A DNA stretch of 47,956 bases from Octopus bimaculoides (GCF_001194135.2 NC_068982.1:175804440-175852395); one strand, 5' to 3'. Shown: positions 9,531 through 20,325, numbered from the stretch's first letter. Notes: a model not told the origin generated them from the sequence alone. Numbers and translations: made by a program.

Positions 9531-10850
9531 GTATATAAACATATACACACGCGCACACATGAAATTGGAACAAATGAGATTATCCACCAATAGACAAAAT
9601 CTAGAAACAGTTGAAAATATAAAATTAGTCAATCAACATTTTTGGATAAGATTAGGGTGGATCTGATTTTTAAAACCAACTCGTAAAAGTAGCGTACATG
9701 TGTCAGTCTTATAAGACTGCCTCAGCGGAGCAAATCTACTCAGCAATTTATAGAGAAATAGAAAAGTGTGAAGCTGATTACGAGTATTAACAATATGGTT
9801 CCGATGAACTGAGATTATCCGAGCAATTTGAAAACAAAGTCTCGCTCAACCTTATTAAAATATAAAAAAGCAACAGCGATAATTTCAGTGATATTGGTTA
9901 ATGGAAATGGGACCTTTAAAGGTCTGTAACGTTTATATTATAAATTTCTTCCCCACCCCAAATGGTCGTGATTTTGGTAATTAGCTTGGGAAACCACAAC
10001 TGTATAAATTTTCAATAAAATCGAGGCAAAAGTATAAAGCCAAAAGATCCTCCAAAATGTTTGGGATAATATGGAAAATAAAGATTAAAGTGAATCCAAT
10101 TTTTTAAAACTAACTACTGGGTAAAAGCAACGGACATCATAATGTTCTAGTTCGGAAAAGCAGGTGAAATAACCTCGTAATTTAAATTCATTCAATATAG
10201 AATGCAATGGACAGTATGCGTGATTTTTTGGCAAGGTAGTGATAACTCCGGACATGTTTTTATATTATTAGACTTCATCATCAAAGCATATTCTATTGTT
10301 GGTGCCAGATCTAAGAATAACTAGAGAAGATATAGGATCTTCGTCAATTAACACTGATAACTTAAAAGTATTTTTCTTTTGGGTAGTCACAAGTTTCAAA
10401 GAAAGGTAGAGGAATAAAAAAAAAAATGTAAAATGTGAGAACACGGGGACTCAAATTTTAAACTCCTCTCGTTACATATTCTATATATACTTTATGTATG
10501 GCACCGATGAGCAGAAATAGCTCATTTCGAGACGATCCAGCTAGTTGGGCTTTGAAGTATAGACTTTTTAAAAACTCTCTACGTCTTTGAAGGGATCTTT
10601 TTTGGATGAAATACGGTAGCCTAAAAGCGTTTAACAACATACATTAAGTATGTAACATTGATAATATATTTTCTATATTTAATCTTGACATTGTTTTAAC
10701 ATGTAAAGAAATAAAATAAGCTATTTAAAAAGAAAAATATACATGAAGAAGATATAAATCTTCGCAAGCTCTGATATATGTACCCAAGCATTCATGCATG
10801 TTGATAATGAACATCGAATTCTTTTCCCTCTTCTTTGAGCCTGTAAAGAA
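9240..10850 (+). pseudogene. Possible hAT-family transposase relic, interrupted by the fold-back element
   Basis: Frame CFFVRHYIPF|KTASAEQIYSAIYREIEKC...QYGSDE resembles the hAT (T)AE.I..AI...GSDG segment; later DLFWMKYGSLK resembles the FW motif before the dimerisation domain. Many stops; by-eye similarity only. Confidence 0.35.
9295..9719. repeat. Fold-back element: 184-bp inverted arms (2 mismatches) around an (AT)n-rich spacer; MITE-like
   Basis: Arms 9297-9480 and 9526-9709; TA on both outer sides; TAAGACTG directly repeated at 9295-9302 and 9712-9719. Confidence 0.9.
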
Positions 10851-11324
10851 ATTAAAGCTCATCTTTGCAGAAGATAATGTTGAAAACACAAGGGTAATTT
10901 CGTTTTAATTTTCCTTCCATTAATGTGTTTCAAATTTATTGACATTATATTTTGATGTATATATCAAAATCTGTACAATAAATAATTTTTTTCTGAAATG
11001 TCCACGTTTCGAGTTAATCCAAACGCAGATTTTTCAAGACTTAATTTAGATTTACTTGCTCGTCTTCGACTTTTTCTTTAATGTACACTGACTATCTGGC
11101 GCTAACATTGAATTCTGAAGGAGCAGCAGATGTTGTAAAGTCATGTAAGCCGTAAGTACCAGGCCACAAATGTTGCAGTTCGATAATTACCTGTCTACCG
11201 CGAGCAGCACTGCTTCTTTGTATCAAGACAACGTTCGCAATATTACGGTGTCTGTACGTCTATAACATAGACACACGGACGTCAACAAATAAATGCATGC
11301 ATGCATACATACATACATACATAC

Positions 11325-11605
11325 AGGCACTCCGTCGGTTACGACGGTGAGTTCCAGAGTTGATTCGATTAACGGAGCAGCCTGCTTGTGAAATTAACGT
11401 GCAAGTGACAGGAGCTCTCCACAGACACACCTACCCTTAATGTAGTTCTCAGGGAGATTCAGCGTGGTATATAGAATGTGACAAGACCGGCTCTTTTTTT
11501 AGCCAGCTGAGTGGAGTGGAGCAACGTGAAATAAGTGCCTTGCTCAAGTACACAACGCACTGCCAGGTATTGACATCACGACGATACGATCTTGAGCCGA
11601 ATAAC
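11325..11605 (-). mobile_element. SINE family C, near full length
   Basis: Reverse complement contains gcgttgtgtacttgagcaaggcacttatttcacgttgctccactccactcagctgg and ends ...gtcgtaaccgacggagtgcc; flanked by microsatellites. Confidence 0.75.
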
Positions 11606-11904
11606 ACACACACACACACACACACACATACATACATACATACATACATGCCAGAGTGTTGATGAATTGGCACAAAAAAAACTTTAAGAGTGCTCAAGAC
11701 AAGTTTGTGGTTGATGTTCTCTAACAATATATTTTTATGAGTAAAACTTGAAATTAATTCATACCTAATATTCACACAGCTCGCCAGGTTTCCCACAATG
11801 TATCGAATAAAATAGAAATTGTAATAATGCAAGTTTTCAAGTAAAAATTTGCTTCTATTTTCAATCGTTATTCCTTTTAGTTTTGTTCAGCGCTCAGCGA
11901 AATT

Positions 11905-11921
11905 CCACGTCACGTGACTCA
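11905..11921. promoter_or_regulatory. Overlapping bZIP/bHLH motif cluster CCACGTCACGTGACTCA (candidate only)
   Basis: Contains CCACGTCA (reverse complement of TGACGTGG), palindromic GTCACGTGAC and TGACTCA within 17 bp. No associated gene identified. Confidence 0.2.
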
Positions 11922-12044
11922 ATCTTCTACTTTTCAAGGATTTCCTCCCATTCACACGCCACTATGACAATAACCGGCATATGCGCTGGTTAGGGGAGTG
12001 CCATTCAAAAATTCACGTTTTTAAACAATTTTATTACTAATTAG

Positions 12045-12545
12045 GGCGGTGAGCTGGCAAAAAAACGTTAGCACGCCGTCTGTCTTTACGCTCAGAGTTC
12101 AAATTCCGCTGAGGTCGACTTTTCCTTTCATTTTGGAGTCGATAAAATAAGTACCAGTTGAACATAGGGGGCCAATGTAATCGACTTACTCCTCATCTGA
12201 AATTGCTAGCCTTATGCCAAAATTTGAAACCATTAATATTATTATTATGTGGCGAGCTGACAGACTCGTTAGCACGCCTGGCCAAATGCTCAGCGGCATT
12301 TCATCCGTTTTTACGTTGAGTTCAAACTCTGCCGAGATTGAGTTGTCCTTTCGGGGTCGATAAAGTAAGTACCCGTTGACGTAATCGACTAGCCCTCTCA
12401 CCCAAATTTGCAGGCCCTGTAGTAGAAAAGATTTTTCTTATTATTTATTTTTATTACATCGGCGAGCTAGCAGAATCGCTAGCACGCCGATCCGACTTCA
12501 CATTTCATCCTGGCGTCAATGTAATCGATTGCCTAGAAATTTCAG
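12045..12545 (+). mobile_element. Head-to-tail array of three SINE family B copies
   Basis: Heads ggcggtgagctggca/ggcgagctgacag/ggcgagctagcag at about 12045, 12251 and 12461; B-box gagttcaaattcc; central gtcgacttt...tcggggtcgataaa; (ATT)n-like tails between copies. Confidence 0.85.
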
Positions 12546-13110
12546 TAGAGATTATAAATTATTATAATAAATAATCTTTATCAGATTTCAGCTGTGTAAA
12601 TTTTGGTTCGCTTCGTATCATTACGAGGAGATAAATAGAGCACTGAGAAACATGCAGGAAGCGTGGAAAGAAGAAGAAGAAGAAGAAGAAGAATTAAAAA
12701 AAAAAAATAGAATTGCAAGGTAGGGAGAACTGAAAACGTAAAATCAAGGCAAGTTATCGTTTAGCCCCAAGCTAAGCCTGATCGAACCAGCCGTGACCAT
12801 CAGCTTTTTTTGTAATATCTAAGACTGCATCAGTCAATGTGTCCCCTTTTATTAAACCGACAGGGAGATTTAACTGCAACATCTAGCAGGCAAGCGACCA
12901 CGTAGTTGTTATAGTTGTTACCCTGGCTCGATGACGATTTGAAGAAAGATTTATTTATTCATGTATTTTTTTTATTTATTTATTTATTCTGGAGATAAGA
13001 CATACCACTGACTAGACACAATAGCAGACGAACAAACAGAAAATATCGAGTTGAAGGAAGGGGGGCGATTGTTTTCACACACTTTCTTTGATAGGGAACA
13101 ATAATGGTGA

Positions 13111-13619
13111 TGGAGGTGACAGTGTATGAGCCGAAAGGAAGGAGACAGTCCTAATTTATTTATTTAACTGTTTGTTCGTCTACTTATATCATCATGTGTC
13201 TAGTCAGTTTGCCTTATCGCTATCTATATTTGTCGGTCTTTTATGTTAGATTCAATCATTATGCCAGGTCACTTAATAACGTGATGGCTACACGATCACG
13301 TTTTTACTCCAACATTCATTGATTAGCTAACAAACTGGTTGGTTGCTTTCGTAGACACATACCACCAATATGCGAACGGGGATGCTCGAACGGCTTGAAA
13401 TAGCAACCAAATTTCCCTCAAATTAGACCCTACCTTTTTTCTTTTTTTTTTTATTAAGTGACCCGGCATAATGATTGAATCTAACATAAAAGACCGACAA
13501 ATATAGATAGCGATAAGGCAAACTGACTAGACACATGATGATATAAGTAGACGAACAAACAGTTAAATAAATAAATTAGGACTGTCGCCTTCCTTTCGGC
13601 TCATACACTGTCACCTCCA
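13111..13619. repeat. 169-bp inverted duplication (2 mismatches), 171-bp spacer
   Basis: Arms 13111-13279 and 13451-13619; no target-site duplication seen. Confidence 0.92.
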
Positions 13620-13700
13620 AAAAGACTTTAAATAATATGATCCTAGATACATTGCATTTAAACAAAAAAATGGTTCGGTCACGGCTGGAATGCTTCATCT
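13375..13700 (+). mobile_element. Interspersed repeat family E copy, split by the right arm of the inverted duplication
   Basis: aaatagcaaccaaatttccctcaaatt... (13398-13440) resumes as ...aataatatgatcctagatacatt...ggtcacggctggaatg (13620-13695); an uninterrupted homologue lies at 22960-23110. Confidence 0.65.
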
Positions 13701-16603
13701 GATGGATCAGAGATGACAGGGTTGAATAAGGAACAGTGCAAGCAGGGATACGATCGATGTGCCTACCACCCTTCTGCACCCCGACCAATATTTTACATAA
13801 ACGGAATAAATATTTGAGTTAACATTAAATCAAAACTATCGAATTGAAAAGAGAATATTCTCTTGACCCTGTATTTGAACGAAATTTTTCACTATTATTT
13901 ATAGCCACCAAATATGAAAGAGAATTTTGTTGCTATGAGATATAATCAACGTATTTCTATTGGATTTGGATTTTCGTATAAACAGCACTTTATCTAGCAT
14001 ATGACATGCTGAACAAAGCAGAGCAACGGATTCAGTATGGAAATAACTTCGTTATAAAAGCATAATTTGNNNNNNNNNNNNNNNNNNNNNNNNNNNNNNN
14101 NNNNNNNNNNNNNNNNNNNNNNNNNNNNNNNNNNNNNNNNNNNNNNNNNNNNNNNNNNNNNNNNNNNNNNNNNNNNNNNNNNNNNNNNNNTATATATATA
14201 TATATATATATGCTTAGCATTAAAGTAAAACGAAAATATCCCAATTATATCATTTCTGAGGAACCTGAGCAGACACAAACAAAATAAAATGATGGAAATT
14301 GATAAAATAAATATCAATCCAACTGCATCCACTCTTTCACAAATATGTAACATTTATAACAATGTAAGAAATCATTAATTTATTAATATGCAGAAGTAAA
14401 GGTATATTGCTCGTAGCCTGCCTTAAGCTCTTCTAGCCAAGGGGATATGGATAGTTTCATTGAGAGAGATTAGTGAGCTTGACAATCAGTATTGAAAACT
14501 TCTTGCAGCTTAGTGGAATTTAGTGACTGAATAATAATAAATGGGAAAGAGGGAGATAGTGATAAAAGGATATGGTACTGGGGAAGAAGAATTTTGCAAG
14601 CTGTTAAGCACCAGGATTTTAGTAGTGATACTCAGTGGATTTGTGCCAGGATATGTTATAAGGAAGAAGCAGATGCTGCATTAAATAAATTTCAGAAGTG
14701 AAAACAGCATGCAAGCTTGGAGGTGAGCACAACAAAACTACAATAACAAATGCAGGGACCTCTGTCATTTAGGGTCGACCATTTATCTGCATCTGTAAGC
14801 ACAGGCCTGGGCAAGGTTCTTTTGTTCAAGACTGGTGGTTGCTGATGCATATTAGCCTATCCTCTTCACACTACTGATATCATTCAAAAGAAAAGTCACT
14901 GCCGGCCAATACAGTTGGCATTAATACCATCACAGACATTTCTAGCAGAATACAAAAGACCAGAATGGACACTATGGAGCATCTGTTCCAGCCCTCTAAT
15001 GGTTCTACCAATTGAGTACTCTGGATTGGTAATTTTTCATCGACCTGAACAGCGGAAAGCAAAGTTGACCTTGGCAGGATTTCGACTAAGGGAGTTAGAA
15101 TACTCTCAGACATTCTTTGCAATACTCTAACAACTTTGCCAACTTGCTGCCTTACAAAAACAGAATGGTAAATACAAACAGGTTTAACATACTAAAAATT
15201 TAATAACAGTAAAAAAATGCATGAACAAGCATTATCATATTTCAGTCTTTATCTGCTTCCGGGTTTTTTTTTTTTTTCAGTATACAGACACTGTAAAATT
15301 AGAAGCAGATAAAAAGTAAAAGAACTTGAGCCAATGATCCAGGATGTTCAGAAACCCTTTCATTTGAAGTAAATATATTGATATGCATGTCCTTAGTGCA
15401 TGGATATAGCTACATACTTACATATGTATATGTGTATATAGGTGTGTGTGTGTGTGTGTACACATCTGTCATCTAAAAAGCAAGAAAAAGACTTATGTAA
15501 CTGAAGGAAAATGCAAAGAAGTAAAATGGGACAAGGAGAAGCAAAAAAGAGGGAGAAATGGAAAAAGAAAGGGGAAAGATATGTAATAAGGACTGAAGAA
15601 GTGGGTGATACACCCTCAATTTGGTTATTTCACTGCTGCATATATATTCATATGTGTGTGTGTGTGTGTGTGATCACACATGGGTTAACTTACATGCCAT
15701 GTTGTCTTTGTTTGATATGAAGATTGGCTGATTGATTAGTTAGTTATCATATTAAGCCAGTTGTTCGGTGCCAATAGAGCATAGTTAGAAGGATGTTATA
15801 TTAACTATTTATACGACTGGTTGGTCAATGGATGTATCTAGAAATAAGATTGGTTAAAGCAACAGCCAAAAGGAAGGAAAAAAAAATTGAAGAATTTCTC
15901 ATCTGCTATGCAAAATTGTGGTTGTGTTATAAATTGATGTTTTGGAAGTAGTTTGAAGAGACTCTTGCAAGGAGCAAATAAATGAATTTAGGCCATCGAA
16001 GTAGACATATTTCTGTGAGTTATTTGCAGCCTTTAGATTTACACATACTGAGAACATGTGACTAGGTGGAATTAGTAAAAAAAATTTAAAAAGTGCTGAA
16101 GAGTGTATAGACACAAGCAGGGTTGCCAGATCAATTTCATAAAAACCAGCATAGAAAATAGCTGATTGTGTTAAAAAGTAACACAAAATGAAAATTTTGC
16201 TGATAAATTAATATATAAAGATTGCTTGCAAGTTAGTTCTAATTTATTAAGTTGATAATTTGATAGGATTTTAGTTTTTTTTTAAATTAAAATTTTAAAC
16301 CAAATTATAAAATTAGCAGTGTGCAGTCCTGAAAGTTAGTTTAATACACCACTTATAGTCCAATCTCACACCCTGAATGCTAGCAGCATCAGGTGTTGTT
16401 GTCATTCATAGAAGGAAAATGGTCGAGTAAATATGTTGATATATCCAACCCATGCTAGCATGGAAAGCGGACGTTAAACGATTAAGAGTTCAAATTCACT
16501 GCATGTGTTTTCTCTGTGTTATTAGGCGAATATAAGTCAGATGATCTGGAAACCTTATTTTCAACATATTAGCATCCAACCAAAAACGAAATTTATCTTT
16601 TTT

Positions 16604-17134
16604 TTAACCCTTGAGCAGCAGAAACCGTCAATTGATGTTGCATTAGTGAACAGTGGACATCATTAATTGATGCTTCAAAAATTTTACACAGATTCAGCCA
16701 TCATCAACTGATACCTGAGTGTCTTCTTCACCAAATACACGTAAGCATAAGGGGCCCTTATCGATGGGAGAAATCAAGGTGCAAATGAAGAAGTTTTTTC
16801 TTGACTTTCCTTCCTCATAAGATGAGGTACATGATGATGATGATGCTCTAGATGACACAGAACAAATTAATGCTTCAGCTAGATCTGGATGGAAAAAGTG
16901 TGCCAACTTTTTTCCATAATTTTAATAACAAAATATTAAACTAAGGAACTTAATGTTTCTTTTATTTCCTTTTTGTCTTTCTTTTTATAATCTAAGAGTT
17001 AAAATATCATTTTCATAGTTTGCAGAATTGTTTTAAGTGAAAATAAGTATAAAAATTGCCCTTATGTATAAAGTACCTGCAATAAAAAGGTTTTTTTTGC
17101 TTGATGCAACTCTTTTCTGACATTTAAGGGTTAA
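16604..17134 (+). mobile_element. piggyBac-like internally deleted element
   Basis: TTAA|CCCTT...CAGAAA at the left end and TTTCTG...AAGGG|TTAA at the right end. Internal decayed acidic frame SMGEIKVQMKKFFLDFPSS*DEVHDDDDALDDTEQINASARSGWKK. AATAAA near the right end. Confidence 0.6.
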
Positions 17135-17269
17135 AAAAAAAACTTTCTTGGGGTTAAAAAGCATTTACATAATTTCACAGACACAAACTCAGAAATTTTT
17201 AGTTCAAATCTAGTGTAAATATTTTGTTGCTAATCTGGGCAGTAAACTTTTTCCTACATGTGCATCAGT

Positions 17270-17600
17270 TCATCATCATTGTTTAACGTCCGTTTTCCAT
17301 GCTGGCATGGGTTGAACAGTTTGACTGAGCCGTAGACTGTACCAGGCTCCAGTCTGATCTGGCAAGTTTTCTACAGCTGGATGCCCTTCCTAACGCCAAC
17401 CACTCCAAGAGTGTAGTGGGCACTTTTTACATGTCACAGGCATGGGAGCCAGTCAGGTGGCACTGGCATCGACCACGTTCATATGGTGCTTTTTACATGT
17501 CACTGGCACGGGAGCCAGTTGGGAGACACTGGCATCGACCATGTTCGGATGGTGCTTTTTACATGTCACCAGCATGTCACCGGCACTGGCTAATGATGGG
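17270..17600 (-). mobile_element. RTE LINE 3' UTR fragment with 66-bp minisatellite units
   Basis: catcattgtttaacgtcc tail (reverse complement of the (GAT)n end); units start at 17420, 17486 and 17552. Confidence 0.8.
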
Positions 17601-17629
17601 TTTCAAGATGATAAGTTATGTTACAACTT

Positions 17630-17870
17630 GTCATAAGACTGGTTGGCCTAGTAGAAGACACTTGCTCAAAGAGCCATGCAGTGATATTGAACCTGAGAAT
17701 ATGTAGTTGCAATGCAAACTAAGTAAACACGCAGCCATGCCTGCATCATTTTTCCCCATGAGGTCGACTTTGCCTTTCATCCTTTCAGGGTCGATAAATT
17801 AAATACCAGTTTCATACTGGGTTGATCTAATTGACTGGCCCCCTCCCCAAGAATTTCAGGCCTTGCATGG
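17630..17870. mobile_element. SINE A head fragment (-, 17630-17750) followed by SINE B 3' half (+, 17755-17870)
   Basis: tagtagaagacacttgctcaaagagccatgcagtg and gaggtcgactttgcctttcatcctttcagggtcgataaa. Confidence 0.7.
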
Positions 17871-17874
17871 GTTA

Positions 17875-18085
17875 CTCTCTTTACTCTTTTACTTGTTTCA
17901 GTCATTTGACTGTGGCCATGCTGGAGCACCGCCTTTAGTCGAGCAAATCGACCCCGGGACTTATTCTTTGTAAGCCTAGTACTTATTCTATCGGTCCCTT
18001 TTTGCCGAACCGCTAAGTGACGGGGACATAAACACACCAGCATCAGTTGTCAAGCAATGCTAGGAGGACAAACATAGACACACAA

Positions 18086-18128
<43 letters not shown>

Positions 18129-18254
18129 CGACGGGCTTCTTTCAGTTTCCATCTACCAAATCCACTCACAAGGCTTTGGTCGGCCCGAGGCTATAGTAGA
18201 AGACTGAACCCGGAACTATGTGGTTGGTAAGCAAGCTACTTACCACATAGCCAC
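17875..18254 (-). mobile_element. SINE family A, full length with internal (CA)/(AT) microsatellite and a 28-bp deletion
   Basis: tRNA-like head (reverse complement gtggctatgtggtaag...ccgggttcagtc), internal microsatellite at 18075-18128, body, and CR1-type tail. Confidence 0.88.
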
Positions 18255-19224
18255 TGAGAGAAAAATTGGGTATAAAGTAAAAAAGGTATCAGATCTAGTG
18301 TGTAAGAGAGAAAACTGTGCTGGTTTGGTCATGTGGTGCACATGGATGAGGACTAGAGTAGAAAAGAATATATTTTTCTCCAATTTCTTCCTTTTTAACA
18401 TTTCATCAGTTTTTTTTTTTCTTTCTTTTACAAAAAAATATTTTATTGCTTTGCTTAAGAAGATACGCAAGTGGAGGTTGTAAACTATTAAAGAGAAAAC
18501 TAGAACTGAAAAATAGAACTTCTCTTCATATCTGCTGGTCCATATGACTAGATGGTTTTCAGCTGTGAATGAGTTAGTTGGAACAGAATGTAGGTCAAAC
18601 ATAGACCACCACATTCATCAGTCTGTAGTAGCCTAATAGAGAACTTCTTAATATCTATAACACTATTGGAAAAATATATGTTCTTCAATGTTTAAGCAGT
18701 GTGTGTTATGTATAATATGACCATAATTGTGTGTGTGTGAGGGTGTGCATTAGTACAACCATTAGCAGATTCAGCAGTAACAGAAACTGTGTAGTTCATT
18801 AATGTGTATGGCAGTGATGTGTAAATGAGTAGTGTGTGTTTGTGTGTGCCTACACATTACCAGAAAAAAAAAATGCTCTTCTTATAAACTACATATATAT
18901 ACATTCAACATGTAAACAAAAAAAAATGCGTTCATGTTTTCTTTTATGTATATGTGTACATGTGTGTCAATAAAACCAAGTGATGTGTAGCATTTTATGG
19001 TTATTGATGAAGTTTTATAATATTGTTATTGATATATTTTTTCCTTTCTTTAGTTTTAAACTCAGACATCCAAAATGAGGCATTCTGTTTTTTTATACCA
19101 TGGGGTACATCGATGAACAGAAATAAAATCAGATATTTTGAGAGGCCATCAAACAAGAGGTAGATGGTTGAGTAGGGTCTCAGCCCAGTACACACATACA
19201 TATATATATGTGAAAGCAACATAT

Positions 19225-19385
19225 AATATATAAGTGGTTAATGTTAGAAAGGACATCCAGCCTTAGAAACCATAACAAAGCTGACATTGGGAGCATGGCA
19301 TAGCCATGCAGCTCACCATATACTGCCAAACTATCCAACTTGTGCCAGTGTGGAAAACAAACATTAAATGATGATGATAACAATG
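19225..19385 (+). mobile_element. RTE 3' terminal fragment
   Basis: gaaaggacatccagccttagaaacc...tgtgccagtgtggaaaacaaacattaaatgatgatgat. Confidence 0.65.
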
Positions 19386-20325
19386 ATCTTTTATATATAT
19401 ATATATATATATNNNNNNNNNNNNNNNNNNNNNNNNNNNNNNNNNNNNNNNNNNNNNNNNNNNNNNNNNNNNNNNNNNNNNNNNNNNNNNNNNNNNNNNN
19501 NNNNNNNNNNNNNNNNNNNNNNNNNNNNNNNNNNNNNNNNNNNNNNNNNNNNNNNNNNNNNNNNNNNNNNNNNNNNNNNNNNNNNNNNNNNNNNNNNNNN
19601 NNNNNNNNNNNNNNNNNNNNNNNNNNNNNNNNNNNNNNNNNNNNNNNNNNNNNNNNNNNNNNNNNNNNNNNNNNNNNNNNNNNNNNNNNNNNNNNNNNNN
19701 NNNNNNNNNNNNNNNNNNNNNNNNNNNNNNNNNNNNNNNNNNNNNNNNNNNNNNNNNNNNNNNNNNNNNNNNNNNNNNNNNNNNNNNNNNNNNNNNNNNN
19801 NNNNNNNNNNNNNNNNNNNNNNNNNNNNNNNNNNNNNNNNNNNNNNNNNNNNNNNNNNNNNNNNNNNNNNNNNNNNNNNNNNNNNNNNNNNNNNNNNNNN
19901 ATATATATACTAGCAGCTAAGCCCAGTTTCACCTGGTCGGTTTGGATGATGTAACTGTAAAACCTACTCTGTGTAAGCATTCAACTTGTTTGGGCACACT
20001 TATGTTAAAAAACAATTTTAGAATTACTTTTTTCTGTCAAAACGCTAAAAATAACTGACCAAACAAAAACAAAAAAAACAACCAAGATTCAACCAAATCA
20101 AAAAATAAACCCAAATATCAAGCAAACAAAGATGAACCATCCCACTTCCTGACGATTGGGCTATCCATGATTTTCTTACATCTAGCCCAGGCCTGTGCAA
20201 AACTGGAGAGGACATGAAATGTAAAAACCAGACTGAATTAGTTTATGCACAACTCCATTGTCTCCTGAGACAAAAGGATGCCAACAAATTGGGTTAAAAA
20301 ACCTTTTGGATACAAAAAATCAAAA

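Noticed and set aside
12592-12719. Exon-like segment LCKFWFASYHYEEINRALRNMQEAWKEEEEEEEELKKKNRIAR with AG/GT ends
   Set aside because: The coding look comes from a (GAA)n microsatellite and an A12 run; no supporting neighbouring exons.
16092-16112. CTGAAGA-GTGT-ATAG-ACAC hammerhead-like half
   Set aside because: Not followed by GAAA; no stem I or III.
16109-16331. Possible hAT MITE beginning cagggttgccagat
   Set aside because: The right TIR matches poorly and there is no 8-bp TSD.
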